Below are positions 10,208 to 20,479 of a stretch of DNA of 64,000 bases, piece by piece. Below the pieces are notes generated by a model. That model had not been told where the DNA came from and made no database searches. It saw only the letters and a program-made list of their open reading frames with translations. Position numbers and translations under genes: made by a program. The number at the start of each line of letters is the position of its first letter. The first letter of the stretch is position 1. Where the stretch lies: contig JAOPTW010000015.1 in the NCBI GenBank assembly GCA_051532035.1, positions 160,001 to 224,000 of the forward strand, in the 5' to 3' direction. This DNA comes from Fibrobacterales bacterium (GTDB lineage Bacteria > Fibrobacterota > Fibrobacteria > Fibrobacterales > JAOPTW01).

Positions 10208-10818
10208 GTACTCTCTATATTGCCGGTGGTGGTGGCCATGGTAAAGTTGTAGCAGAAGCTGCGTCTCTTATGAAGCGTTGGACCACTATCGTTTTTTTAG
10301 ATGACAATCCGGCCGTAAGCCACTGTGGTGCATGGCCCGTATCCGGAACAATCTCCGACGCCCCAAAAGGTGTCGATTTTATTGTTGCTATAGGCAATAA
10401 CAGTACGCGCCACACTATATACACCACCCTTATTGAAAAAGGGTTATCCCCCGTAAATATTATTCATCCAAAAGCAATTGTCAGCCCAAGTATATCTCTT
10501 GGTCGCGGCATCTTTATCGCCCCTGGAGCAATTGTAAACATTGATGTCACCCTTGGTAATGCTACTATTATTAACACTGGAGCGACAGTCGATCATGATT
10601 CTGTTATAGGGCCAGCGGCACATATTTGTCCTGGTGTCAATATTGCAGGAGAAGTAACCATTGGCGCAGAAACCTGGGTCGGCATTGGCTCATGTACAGT
10701 ACAGTGCATAACTATTGGAAAAAATGTAATGATCGGTGCAGGTTCTATTATTCGAAAAAATGTAGATGACAACCTTTTACTTGCCGACACCCCAAAACAA
10801 CTTATACGGAACCGTTAA
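10204..10818 (+). CDS. pglD: Sugar N-acetyltransferase (PglD/NeuD hexapeptide-repeat family)
   Basis: GGGGHGKVV, FLDD, AIGNN..R, IHPKA, INTGATVDHD, hexapeptide repeats. Confidence 0.85.
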   Translation: MSTLYIAGGGGHGKVVAEAASLMKRWTTIVFLDDNPAVSHCGAWPVSGTISDAPKGVDFIVAIGNNSTRHTIYTTLIEKGLSPVNIIHPKAIVSPSISLGRGIFIAPGAIVNIDVTLGNATIINTGATVDHDSVIGPAAHICPGVNIAGEVTIGAETWVGIGSCTVQCITIGKNVMIGAGSIIRKNVDDNLLLADTPKQLIRNR

Positions 10819-10821
10819 TTT

Positions 10822-12000
10822 ATGCTCAACTCCCCTTTTAGCCCATGGCCTTCTTATACACAAGAAGAGGCAGACATTGTTCAACGCGTACTTCTTTCAA
10901 ACAAAGTAAATTATTGGACAGGGACCGAAGGTCGCTCTTTTGAAAAAGAGTTTGCTACCTATACCGACTCTTCCTATGCTGTTGCTGTTGCAAATGGTAC
11001 AGTGGCCCTTGATTTAGCCCTTATAGCACTCGGTATCGGTAGTGGTGACGAAGTTATTGTGACTTCACGATCATTCCTCGCATCGGCAAGTGCTATTGTT
11101 ACTGCTGGAGCAACTCCTGTATTTGCAGATGTTGATCTTAACAGTCAAAATATTACTCCTGAAACAATTACTGCAGTTATTACTCCAAAAACAAAAGCCG
11201 TTATCTGTGTTCACCTTGGAGGTTTTCCGTGTGACATGGATGAAATAATGGCCCTTGGGCAGAAACACGATTTTTACGTAATAGAAGATTGTGCACAAGC
11301 GCATGGTGCACAGTATAAAGGTAAGAGTGTCGGTTCTATAGGCCATATTGGCTGTTGGTCATTTTGCCAAGACAAAATAATGACCACCGGTGGTGAAGGC
11401 GGCATGGTTACGACCAATGACGAAATGCTCTGGAAAAAAATATGGAGCTATAAGGACCATGGAAAATCATGGGACGCCGTTGAAGCAGCTAAAAAATCTA
11501 CCGAAAAGGGTTTTAAATGGCTTCATGAGTCATTTGGTACCAATTGGCGCCTTACTGAAATGCAATCAGCTATTGGGCGCTATCAATTGACGCAAATGGA
11601 TTCTTGGCACCAATCAAGACTTAATTATGCAAGTCAGATCCAAAAAAAGACGTCAGAGCTTGATGGTTTTAATGCTATCACTGTTCCTGAGTATGTAGAA
11701 CATGCATGGTATAAATGCTCTTTCAATATTGACCCTCAGTTTTTAACCGGAGCTATAGATAGACAAGTAATTCAAGATATGTTTATTGCAAATGGAGTAC
11801 CGTGCCTTACCATGTGCTCTGAACTCTACCGTGAAAAGGCATTTGAAACTATTGATTTTAGTTTATCAAAGCCAGTACCCAATGCAATTGATCTTGATAG
11901 CAATTCTATTATGCTTCTTGTGCACCCAACGTTGACCCAACAAGAGATTGATACTACGCTTGCTATTATGGAAAAGGTTTCAAGCTTTCTTACTCAGTAG
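10822..12000 (+). CDS. DegT/DnrJ/EryC1/StrS sugar aminotransferase (PglE-like)
   Basis: NGTVALDLAL, GDEVIV, IEDCAQAHGA, SFCQDKIMTTGGEGGM, GTNWRLTEMQSAIG. Confidence 0.9.
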   Translation: MLNSPFSPWPSYTQEEADIVQRVLLSNKVNYWTGTEGRSFEKEFATYTDSSYAVAVANGTVALDLALIALGIGSGDEVIVTSRSFLASASAIVTAGATPVFADVDLNSQNITPETITAVITPKTKAVICVHLGGFPCDMDEIMALGQKHDFYVIEDCAQAHGAQYKGKSVGSIGHIGCWSFCQDKIMTTGGEGGMVTTNDEMLWKKIWSYKDHGKSWDAVEAAKKSTEKGFKWLHESFGTNWRLTEMQSAIGRYQLTQMDSWHQSRLNYASQIQKKTSELDGFNAITVPEYVEHAWYKCSFNIDPQFLTGAIDRQVIQDMFIANGVPCLTMCSELYREKAFETIDFSLSKPVPNAIDLDSNSIMLLVHPTLTQQEIDTTLAIMEKVSSFLTQ

Positions 12001-12039
12001 CTCATACAAAAACTAATACATACATTCTTTCTTAATCAC

Positions 12040-12067
12040 AAAAGGCCTTACATGTGTAAGGCCTTTT
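12040..12067 (+). terminator. Intrinsic terminator of the pglC-pglD-aminotransferase operon
   Basis: AAAAGGCCTTACA-TG-TGTAAGGCCTTTT. Confidence 0.8.
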
Positions 12068-12099
12068 TCTGTTCTCCATTAAATTTAGATCAGGAAAAC

Positions 12100-12129
12100 A
12101 AAAAAGGCCTCCGCAATGCGGAGGCCTTT
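12100..12129 (-). terminator. Intrinsic terminator of the LruC gene
   Basis: AAAAAAGGCCTCCGC-AAT-GCGGAGGCCTTT; U run on the minus strand. Confidence 0.8.
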
Positions 12130-12136
12130 AAACTTT

Positions 12137-12157
12137 AGACTTAAGACTTAAGACTTA
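12137..12157. repeat. Short tandem repeat (AGACTTA)x3
   Basis: Read directly; lies between the LruC stop and its terminator. Confidence 0.8.
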
Positions 12158-12165
12158 ACTAATTA

Positions 12166-14157
12166 TTAGTAAAGTTCAGAAGCTACACCAGTAGATGCCC
12201 AGTTAGCTGGAACACCAGTTTGAACCCATGCTGAGTATTGTGGATACGCAACAGTGAAGTCAACAAATTCGACAGGATACTGAGTTGTTTGAGCAAGCTC
12301 AACAGCCCATGGAATGCCGTTATTATCTTCGTATGGGTGACCTTGAGCTGGTGTACCAACAAGATTTTGAGCAACACCACGTGAAGTCATTGACTGACCT
12401 TTGAAGTGTATTTCATTAGCAACATCATCAGTACGATAAATAAATGGGTTAACAGAAGCAAGTGGGCTCGCAGGAATAGGAGTTCCTACAGCAAATGCGA
12501 TATCTGCACCGAATGTTGCAACTGGAGTGTATGGAAAACCAGGCTCAGAAGCAAGAGTGTTAACAAAGATAGTTGACGGTACAGGTGAGAACTGACCTCT
12601 CATGAAATCAAAGAATTCAATGATTGTTTCAGAGCCATTAACAATTACTGATGAAGCAGCGTTATCAACTGTAGTAGTTGCGCCAGCAATATCAAGTGCT
12701 ACACCAAAACCAAGAGCATACTCAGCACCGTTAGCAACTGGAGTTACATCAATAGATGCAGAAACAAGTTGTGGAGCAAATGCAATACCATACGCATCAT
12801 CAACGATTGGGAAAATTTGTCCACCAACTTCGATGTTACATTGTTTAGTAACAACTGAGTAGTCAACATCAACTACAACATCATTGTAGTCGAAGTCACC
12901 ATACAAAGGATAATTATCTTCAAAAGCAAGACGTGAATCTTTGTTGTATGGAAGAGTTGTACAACGAACACATGAAGTAGGATCATTCTGACAATTACCT
13001 TGAGTTGTGAAAAGAAGATCAACAATAAATACAATGTCATTAAAGTCTCTATCTGAATTAGGAAGAGTTTGGTCTTCTATACCGAAAACAACCTCTGATG
13101 GGTCAGATAGTGATGGAAATGAAACATGGTGAAATTCTTGAGCCGCACCATATTCATCTATATTATATTGAGTATTTGAATACCAGATTGGATTATTAGG
13201 CTTATTCCCTAACTCATAATCTTGGTGTAGCCAAAAACCAATTACGATTTCGTCGTTTGCATCAGCAAGGCGAGTTTTGAAATCAGTTACTGTACCAACA
13301 AGTGCCTTAGGAGCACCATTTTGAATACCATAAAAGCCATCAACAAGATCGAAAAGTGTTACACGATTAATATTTGCTAGAGCACCAGTTGGGTTTTCTG
13401 ATTTTTTATACCAGTAGTAACCAAATTGATTTTGGTATCCTGCCCCAGTATGCATGAAGTGAGCCCAGATTTCATCTTTTTGACTTGGGTCAGTTAGTGC
13501 AGTAATGGTAATTTCCGTTGACCCAAGCCAAGCCGGATTGATAGGAAGTTCATTTCTTTCAGTAAAAAGGCTTGTTGAAACGAGTTGATAATCTGCAATA
13601 GGATGATTTTCATATCCAATTGTTGCACCCGGATTAGGGAAAATCGCAGAAACAGTTGCTGCTTTTGCTGCAATTTTACCGCTTGTATCTGTTGATGTTT
13701 CGTAAGATTCCGGATTTACAATAAGAATACGGTCAAGTGAAGTAAGCTCTTCTTTCGTATACCAGAGGATTGTTTCTGGAATACCAGCAGCGTATACCTG
13801 AACACCTACACTTGAAGCAAGTGAAGAAAGGTTTGCACCATCATATAGAACTTCTCCATTTTCATCAGTTACGAATGAGGCGATAATTTTTTCCGACCCA
13901 CTTTCAATGATGTTGATCTTAGCACTAGGGTACTCTACTATACCTGCGTCAGTAGTAATACTAAGTTTTACTGTAAGACCTTTCTCGTTATATACGCTAA
14001 ATGCGAAGTCTTTAGGGGCTTTTATATCTGTAAAAGCGAGTGTTGACTCAGTTTCTACATGTGAATCAGCAAGTGGAGTACTTGTGTCGCAGGCATTGAG
14101 GCCTACAAGCGCAAGTGCAGCAAGTGCTGTAGCGATTGTTGTTTTAAAAGGTTTCAT
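12166..14157 (-). CDS. LruC domain-containing lipoprotein (DUF4114 + DUF4842/LruC)
   Basis: Lipobox LNAC; FGIEDQ...DRDFNDIVF; LAFEDNYP..GDFDYNDVVV; NPFI...EIH; PWAV...YPVE...AYP; GAGG SD upstream. Confidence 0.85.
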   Translation of the reverse strand: MKPFKTTIATALAALALVGLNACDTSTPLADSHVETESTLAFTDIKAPKDFAFSVYNEKGLTVKLSITTDAGIVEYPSAKINIIESGSEKIIASFVTDENGEVLYDGANLSSLASSVGVQVYAAGIPETILWYTKEELTSLDRILIVNPESYETSTDTSGKIAAKAATVSAIFPNPGATIGYENHPIADYQLVSTSLFTERNELPINPAWLGSTEITITALTDPSQKDEIWAHFMHTGAGYQNQFGYYWYKKSENPTGALANINRVTLFDLVDGFYGIQNGAPKALVGTVTDFKTRLADANDEIVIGFWLHQDYELGNKPNNPIWYSNTQYNIDEYGAAQEFHHVSFPSLSDPSEVVFGIEDQTLPNSDRDFNDIVFIVDLLFTTQGNCQNDPTSCVRCTTLPYNKDSRLAFEDNYPLYGDFDYNDVVVDVDYSVVTKQCNIEVGGQIFPIVDDAYGIAFAPQLVSASIDVTPVANGAEYALGFGVALDIAGATTTVDNAASSVIVNGSETIIEFFDFMRGQFSPVPSTIFVNTLASEPGFPYTPVATFGADIAFAVGTPIPASPLASVNPFIYRTDDVANEIHFKGQSMTSRGVAQNLVGTPAQGHPYEDNNGIPWAVELAQTTQYPVEFVDFTVAYPQYSAWVQTGVPANWASTGVASELY

Positions 14158-14201
14158 ATTTCCTCTTTGTTTGTTGATATTAATTGTTGAACTCTTTTAT
14201 A

Positions 14202-14231
14202 CAAAGGTAGGAATTGGTGGATAGCTGTCAA
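14202..14231 (-). promoter_or_regulatory. Putative promoter of the LruC gene
   Basis: Minus strand TTGACA-N16-TACCTTTG, 45 nt before the ATG. Confidence 0.5.
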
Positions 14232-14837
14232 CGCCACTTTTTGTTTACAAAGGCCATATTACAACATTGCAAAGGCGTGATAGTCATCACACCCCTCTCT
14301 ACCCCTTTTGGGGAAAGGGATAGAGAGGGTCGTGATGGAAAACATTAAACACAGCGCCCTTCATCCTCCTCTAATTGTAATCAAAAAGTTACACTAAATT
14401 CCCATATTCAACCGAGTAAGTGTCAGCATGACAATACCTTTTTCGCTTCTTTTGCCGTAGACCAACACCATTTACTCGCAATCGGCCAGTCCAAACATTT
14501 GACTACCTGAATACCGTTATTATTTCACATAGATCAACCCCTCCCCGCGTGCTCTCACTACATTTTATTTATGATTAACTCAAAATACCAAAACAAACCG
14601 GCCCTTTATTACTCACACAGAAGCAGCCACCAATGGTATAATATTATTTTTATACTTATAAAAATAATATTATTAAATAATAATTTACTATAACTTATTC
14701 AAATGTATCGATTTATATAATATAACATTATACTTAATTCATTAAAATTGCATACTAAATGAATAATACTTGTGTCCTCAGTACACTTAAGGTATACTAT
14801 ATGTAAACTTATACTTTACAATCGAGAGGTATTAAGC

Positions 14838-16850
14838 ATGTTTACGCACAATTTTTCTAAAAACTACCGACACACCAATACTACAATCCTCACCACAACT
14901 CTACTGTTCCTTCTTACCACACAACTCCTTTTTGCAGAGAATCGAATAACTCAAGTCGATACTCTCCTCTGGAATGGCGACCCCATGACCCACATACAAT
15001 TGGTTATAACTAACGATGGCTACACCGAAAATGAACTAGAGCAATGGACAAAAGACCTTCACACACCTTGTGCCGACCTGAGCGAAAGCTCTCATTGCGG
15101 TAAAGCACGACAGGCTTTCGATAAAATTTTTACCACCAGTCCCTTTAAAGAGTATAAAGATTTTTTCAATGTTATAGTCATTACAACCGAATCCAACCAA
15201 AGTGGAATTGGAGCGGAGAACGAGTCAGACTTTGATTCATTTTATAGTGTTTATGAAAATGAATATCGCGGAATAACTCACAACAACTCTTCAACAATGG
15301 ATCAAGCCATTAGTACACACGCCCAAGGAGCAAGAGGGGTAGTTGTCATATCCAATTTTAACAATCGAGCATTTGGATTTAGCGATGGAATTTTTACTTA
15401 TCAATCCACGGGATTCAGCTTCCCCGGTGTAGTTGTTCATGAACTTGGTCACACCATTGGAACACTCACCGACTCTTATAAATTCGCCAATGTATACGAA
15501 TCTCATAATGTTACAAAGGATTCTATTGCATCAAATGCCCCATGGAGCCAATGGATAGGCACCACCTATAATAACGGCAATGATACCGTCGGTATATACA
15601 ATAAAATGGGAATACTCTATACCAAATTTTATAGACCCTGCCAAACCGACATCATGAACAACTCACTAGATAATATATTTTGCCCTCCCACCCAAGAAGT
15701 TATTATCAATCGTTTTCATATGATGACTTTCAATCTCATTGATGAATTTAATCCGGCCCTTGGAACAAAACAAATAACCTCACCATCTACCTTATTTAGC
15801 GGTCATGTAAAAAGCCCTAATCCCAATACCATGAAAGTAACTTGGACCCTCAATAACACAATCATCAGCAATTATCAAGAATCGCTCATTTCAATTTGCG
15901 TTGACCAAATTAACATTGGAAACAACATTTTGAGAATGAAAGCAATCGACACAACTAACGCCCTTAAAGGCTCTTATCGATGGGGGCTCACTTACACTTG
16001 GACGCTTCAATATAGTGGTGGACTTAACCCCGATGACTGCACTCAATCCGTCTCTTCAAGTTCTATTATAGAGAGCAGTTCAATTGAAATACCAGTATCA
16101 AGTTCTGGTGAAATAGTCGAAAGCAGTTCTGAGATAAACATCAGTTCGAGTGAAATTGCCGAAAGCAGTTCTGAGATAATTATCAGCTCGAGTGAAATAG
16201 TTGAAAGCAGTTCTGAGACTATCATCAGCTCGAGTGAAATAGTTGAAAGCAGTTCTGAGATAAGCATCAGTTCAAGTGCAATAGTCGAAAGCAGTTCTGA
16301 GATAAACATCAGTTCAAGTGAAATTGCCGAAAGCAGCTCTGAGACTATCATCAGCTCGAGTGAAATAGTTGAAAGCAGTTCTGAGACTATCATCAGCTCA
16401 AGTACAATAGCTGAGAGTAACTCAAGCAGTATCACTCAACTCAGCTCCAACACTGTAAGCGGCTCTTCTACAGAGTACCGCTTTATCGATGAGGAACCAG
16501 TCGAAGAATTTATACCTTTTGTACCTCCACCACCACAATATAGCTCATCAAACGCACTTGATAGCACCCTAAGCTCTTCGTCTATGGAAATCGAAATGAG
16601 TTCATCTATGATAGTATCCCCTGCCCCACCAGAAGAGACTGCTGTCATTATTCAGCAGAGCAGCAAACACCGTTACCCCGCAACACTCTTCACCGGTAAA
16701 CAATTACATAGAGAGATCACTGCACCTGCTGGAGCTACAATGCTCACACTACTTAATTTAAATGGTACGCACGTCCGAACAACTTCTACGCAAAACCCCA
16801 ACTTACGTGGCATATCTGAATCACGTGTCTACATTATCACATTTCAATAG
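14838..16850 (+). CDS. Secreted M64-family (IgA peptidase-like) metallopeptidase with Ser-rich repeat linker
   Basis: Signal peptide, DGYT..E, SPFKEYKDFFNV, SNQSGI, VVHELGH...L.DSY, YRPC..DIM...FCP; ORF begins at 14772. Confidence 0.75.
   Translation: MFTHNFSKNYRHTNTTILTTTLLFLLTTQLLFAENRITQVDTLLWNGDPMTHIQLVITNDGYTENELEQWTKDLHTPCADLSESSHCGKARQAFDKIFTTSPFKEYKDFFNVIVITTESNQSGIGAENESDFDSFYSVYENEYRGITHNNSSTMDQAISTHAQGARGVVVISNFNNRAFGFSDGIFTYQSTGFSFPGVVVHELGHTIGTLTDSYKFANVYESHNVTKDSIASNAPWSQWIGTTYNNGNDTVGIYNKMGILYTKFYRPCQTDIMNNSLDNIFCPPTQEVIINRFHMMTFNLIDEFNPALGTKQITSPSTLFSGHVKSPNPNTMKVTWTLNNTIISNYQESLISICVDQINIGNNILRMKAIDTTNALKGSYRWGLTYTWTLQYSGGLNPDDCTQSVSSSSIIESSSIEIPVSSSGEIVESSSEINISSSEIAESSSEIIISSSEIVESSSETIISSSEIVESSSEISISSSAIVESSSEINISSSEIAESSSETIISSSEIVESSSETIISSSTIAESNSSSITQLSSNTVSGSSTEYRFIDEEPVEEFIPFVPPPPQYSSSNALDSTLSSSSMEIEMSSSMIVSPAPPEETAVIIQQSSKHRYPATLFTGKQLHREITAPAGATMLTLLNLNGTHVRTTSTQNPNLRGISESRVYIITFQ
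16101..16415 (+). repeat. Intragenic 42-bp tandem repeat, ~7.5 copies (SSSEIVESSSETII)
   Basis: Units such as agctcgagtgaaatagttgaaagcagttctgagactatcatc begin at 16101, 16143, 16185, 16227, 16269, 16311 and 16353. Confidence 0.95.
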
Positions 16851-16858
16851 TAACTCCC

Positions 16859-16888
16859 ATTCCCAAGGCCCTAAAAAGCCTTGGGAAT
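16859..16888 (+). terminator. Stem-loop, probable terminator after the first M64 gene
   Basis: ATTCCCAAGGC-N8-GCCTTGGGAAT just after the stop codon; no adjacent U run. Confidence 0.5.
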
Positions 16889-16992
16889 TATCTAAAGGCA
16901 CTCTTTTTATCTTTTTTTTGTAAGCCGCTATGTAAACTTTATGTAAAAGTGTATATTATCACTATACCACACCCACATACAGTTCCCACACC

Positions 16993-18897
16993 ATGACTAC
17001 TCTAACCTTTAGATTACTTTTTCTTCTCTCTGCAACCATACTTTTTGGAGCGAATAGAGTTGTGCAAGTAGACACCCTCCTCTGGAGTGGCCCCCCCCTT
17101 TCACATATTCAATTAGTAATTACCAATGATGGCTATACTGCTGCGGAAACTGAACTGTTTAACAAAGGGATTAACACTCCCTGTCAGGATTTGAGCCACA
17201 CCTCAGCCTGTGGTCATGCCCGCAAAGCATTTGATAAACTCTTTTCCACCTCTCCCTTTTTTGAGTATCAAGACTTCTTTAACGTTATTGTGATCACCAC
17301 CGAGTCCAATGAAAGCGGCATAGGCATGCCTGGCTTAACCGACCTTGATAGCTATTATAAAATACATCGCCTCTTCTCTGGTGGCGCTAAGCACCATAAC
17401 ACCACTACAATGACTACAACCATTGACCAATATGCCGCTGAAGCACGCGGCATATTTATTCTTTCGAATGAACCGGGCTCAAATCTTGGCAATGCTAGTG
17501 GTATCTACACATATCAAACTACAGGACTTATTTGGGCACCAACCTTTGTCCATGAAGCTGCTCACGTACTTGGTGGTCTTTCCGATACTTATGCGGGATC
17601 AACCAATCATGATGCTGCAAACGCTACCCCTTCAAGTGATCCACAATCATCCCCTTGGAAAGACTGGATTGGCACAGAATATTCACATTTTGATAGCACC
17701 TATTCAATCGGCATGTATCCTGTTGAAAATGTACAAGGCAACACCTTTTACACTCCATGCCTGTTTGATTACATGACCTCAATTGGGCAAGAAATATTTT
17801 GTCCCGTAAATCAAGAAGCAATGATCAAGCGTTTTAATTTTAATGTTTTTAATCACATTGACAATGCCACTCCCGCATTTGGCCCTGTTTCAATTTCACA
17901 GTACTACACTCTCTTTAGTATTGATGCAAAAGTCACTTATCCAACTAACACGATAAAAGCAATATGGACCTTAAATGGCAATATACTCCCCAGCAACGAT
18001 CATCAACTCTATATTTCCGCAGGCGATTTGGCTATTGGACAAACAAATACTCTCGAAGTAAAAGCAGCAGATTCAACATCAGCTATACGCACCGATTACC
18101 GTTGGGGCCAAACCTATCAATGGACCTTGAATTATAGTGGTGGCTTACAAAAACCAGAAAACGAACCAACCGTTACTTGGAGCCCCAGTAGCGCTCAGTT
18201 TGAACGAGTATTTTTTAAACACACTAATCCTTCGAGTAATGATTATGACCCTTTTAGTTCTTCATCGTTACCCAAGCTATCAAGTAGTGAAATTATTAAT
18301 GAACAAATCAGTTCATTTGACACCAGCACCTTTTCAAGTAGTTCGACACTTCATGAAAGTTCAGAAAGCCCCGGCCCCACACTGCCGACTCCCTCTTCAA
18401 GCACGCCTTATTCATCCCACATTAGCAATGGCACTTCTTCATCTTTTTTATCCTCACAATCATCTTCATCTTCGCATATACCACAATCATCAACATCGCT
18501 TATTGCACAATTAAACTCTTCACAGCTCTCTCAATTAAAAGAACTCTACCTCTCGGCCAATGCAGAAACAAGTGATGAAACGTATAGCTCATGGCTACAA
18601 CAGATAGCGGAGAACCCACCTATGGATCAGCTCCCTGAGGGTTCAACCAATCTTGATTCTCTTTTTGCTGTCTATTTTAAGGAATTATCACCCATTACCT
18701 CTCAAACAAGTGATCATTTGACTCCAATAACCCTTATTCATGGGACACGAGCATTACATTTGCTGAGAGAGGGAGAACACGCAGACCACTTACAGGTCTA
18801 CAGCATTCAAGGAACATACTTAGGTGCCGTTGCCTCAATGAGATTAGAAGCTTTACCTGAGCACACTCTTTATGTAATTAAAAGAAGAGCACCATAG
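16993..18897 (+). CDS. Secreted M64-family metallopeptidase, paralogue of 14838..16850
   Basis: Shared NR..QVDTLLW.G...HIQLVITNDGYT, CG.AR.AFDK, FFNVIVITTESN, YRWG.TY.WTL.YSGGL; HEAAH zinc motif. Confidence 0.75.
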   Translation: MTTLTFRLLFLLSATILFGANRVVQVDTLLWSGPPLSHIQLVITNDGYTAAETELFNKGINTPCQDLSHTSACGHARKAFDKLFSTSPFFEYQDFFNVIVITTESNESGIGMPGLTDLDSYYKIHRLFSGGAKHHNTTTMTTTIDQYAAEARGIFILSNEPGSNLGNASGIYTYQTTGLIWAPTFVHEAAHVLGGLSDTYAGSTNHDAANATPSSDPQSSPWKDWIGTEYSHFDSTYSIGMYPVENVQGNTFYTPCLFDYMTSIGQEIFCPVNQEAMIKRFNFNVFNHIDNATPAFGPVSISQYYTLFSIDAKVTYPTNTIKAIWTLNGNILPSNDHQLYISAGDLAIGQTNTLEVKAADSTSAIRTDYRWGQTYQWTLNYSGGLQKPENEPTVTWSPSSAQFERVFFKHTNPSSNDYDPFSSSSLPKLSSSEIINEQISSFDTSTFSSSSTLHESSESPGPTLPTPSSSTPYSSHISNGTSSSFLSSQSSSSSHIPQSSTSLIAQLNSSQLSQLKELYLSANAETSDETYSSWLQQIAENPPMDQLPEGSTNLDSLFAVYFKELSPITSQTSDHLTPITLIHGTRALHLLREGEHADHLQVYSIQGTYLGAVASMRLEALPEHTLYVIKRRAP

Positions 18898-18914
18898 CGG
18901 TACTCTTTATTTTT

Positions 18915-19976
18915 TTAGGAGTTTGTCGCAGTATACTCTTTATACCACTCAATAAAACGCTGTACTCCATCTTCAACCGTAATCTTAGGTTCATAGCCAT
19001 AATTGGTCATGAGGTCGGTACAATCAGCATGAGTACTCTCTACATCACCTGGTTGAATCGGCATAAAATTTTTCTCTGCCTCGATTCCTGCCGATGTTTC
19101 GATTGCCTTAATAAAGTCCATAAGCTTAACGGGAGCATTTCGCCCGATATTATAGACCACATAGGGAGCTGTTGAGCTATTTGCTGATGGCGCCTTATTG
19201 TCCCACTCTTTATTTGGTTCTGCCGGTTTATCGATAATTTTCATAATGCCATCAACGATATCATCAATATAGGTGAAGTCGCGAGACATATGCCCATCAT
19301 TAAATACTTTGATTGGCTTACCTGCAAAAATTGCTGACGCGAAGAGTATGGGCGCCATATCTGGACGGCCCCACGGCCCATAGACCGTAAAAAAGCGAAG
19401 ACCCGTTGTGGGGATATCATAGAGATGGGCATAAGTATGCGCCATGAGCTCGTTTGATTTTTTGGTCGCCGCATAGAGCGAAACAGGATGATTTACCGCA
19501 TCGGTTGTTTTAAAAGGGAGACTTCCATTAAGGCCATAGACTGATGATGAACTCGCATAGGTCAGGTGCTTAATTTTGTTATTACGACAACATTCTAAGA
19601 TATTGAGGAATCCCACGACATTACTCTGAATATAAGCAGCAGGGTTTTCGATACTGTACCGTACTCCTGCTTGTGCAGCGAGGTTACAGACATAGTCAAA
19701 CTTCTCTTTTGTGAAGAGTACATCAAGCTCAGTTTTGTCTTCGAGGTTCATACGGACAAATGAGTAGTCTGTATTGGTAGTACTCTCAACCTTATTATGA
19801 AATTGTGCTGCACCCATTTTTTCGATACCGCACTTGTTGAGGCGTGCAAATTTGAGCTCAGGATCGTAGTAATCATTGATATTGTCGATTCCCACAACGG
19901 TAAAGCCTTTTAGAAGGAGTTGTTCTACGAGATGGAAGCCGATGAAGCCTGCTGCGCCGGTAACGAGGATTTTCAT
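18915..19976 (-). CDS. UDP-glucuronate 4-epimerase (NAD-dependent epimerase, Uge/CapI type)
   Basis: TGAAGFIG, DNINDYYD..LK, LAAQAGVRYS, YASSSSVYG, YAATKKSNE, LRFFTVYGPWGRPDMA, RDFTYIDDI. Confidence 0.9.
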   Translation of the reverse strand: MKILVTGAAGFIGFHLVEQLLLKGFTVVGIDNINDYYDPELKFARLNKCGIEKMGAAQFHNKVESTTNTDYSFVRMNLEDKTELDVLFTKEKFDYVCNLAAQAGVRYSIENPAAYIQSNVVGFLNILECCRNNKIKHLTYASSSSVYGLNGSLPFKTTDAVNHPVSLYAATKKSNELMAHTYAHLYDIPTTGLRFFTVYGPWGRPDMAPILFASAIFAGKPIKVFNDGHMSRDFTYIDDIVDGIMKIIDKPAEPNKEWDNKAPSANSSTAPYVVYNIGRNAPVKLMDFIKAIETSAGIEAEKNFMPIQPGDVESTHADCTDLMTNYGYEPKITVEDGVQRFIEWYKEYTATNS

Positions 19977-20124
19977 AGTTTGTATGTCTTTTGCTTTTTA
20001 TTTGGGTCTTAATATAGCTTTTTTGTGGGGGTTATCACGGGGTAGGGTTTTTGTTGGGGGTTTCTTTCATATTTGGTTTTTTCTTTTCTTTCTTCATTAT
20101 TAATTTATTTCTCATTTTTATATT

Positions 20125-20279
20125 CTGGGGGCTACGCACCCCCAGACCCGCGCCAGCCTTTTTGTCAAAAGCAACAAAAAGGCTGGACAAAAAGTGCTTC
20201 TTCTTGTAAGAAGCAACAGACCTTCGGGCTATTAGTTTACCGGTCGGGATCCGACCCTCCCTACTTTGTACATCTAATT
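20125..20279 (+). repeat. Structured intergenic element, copy 2 (mosaic of copies 1 and 3)
   Basis: 5' part matches 7045-7108; 3' part (20194-20279) matches 23131-23216. Confidence 0.85.
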
Positions 20280-20479
20280 CTGTATTTTCGCATTTATGAG
20301 TATGCTTCTCGCTTGATTTTGTTAACTGGCTTTGCCAGTAGCACCTTCACATGGCTTGTATTTTGGGCCTTTTTTCAATTCAGCGCTATAAAGATCTCTG
20401 TGTAATATTTGCTGTTTATGACAAGGGAAGGGGAATTTTCTACTCTTTGAGCGTACTTGAGTAGGCTGGAGTGAGTGTT

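Noticed and set aside
14285..14337. Riboswitch for the LruC gene
   Set aside because: Lies upstream of the predicted promoter and shows no aptamer consensus I recognise
16101..16415. 42-bp repeats as a CRISPR array
   Set aside because: Head-to-tail with no unique spacers, in frame inside a CDS, and no cas genes in the window
16043..16435. 130 aa minus-strand ORF with ELL repeats
   Set aside because: Antisense shadow of the Ser-rich repeat in the M64 gene
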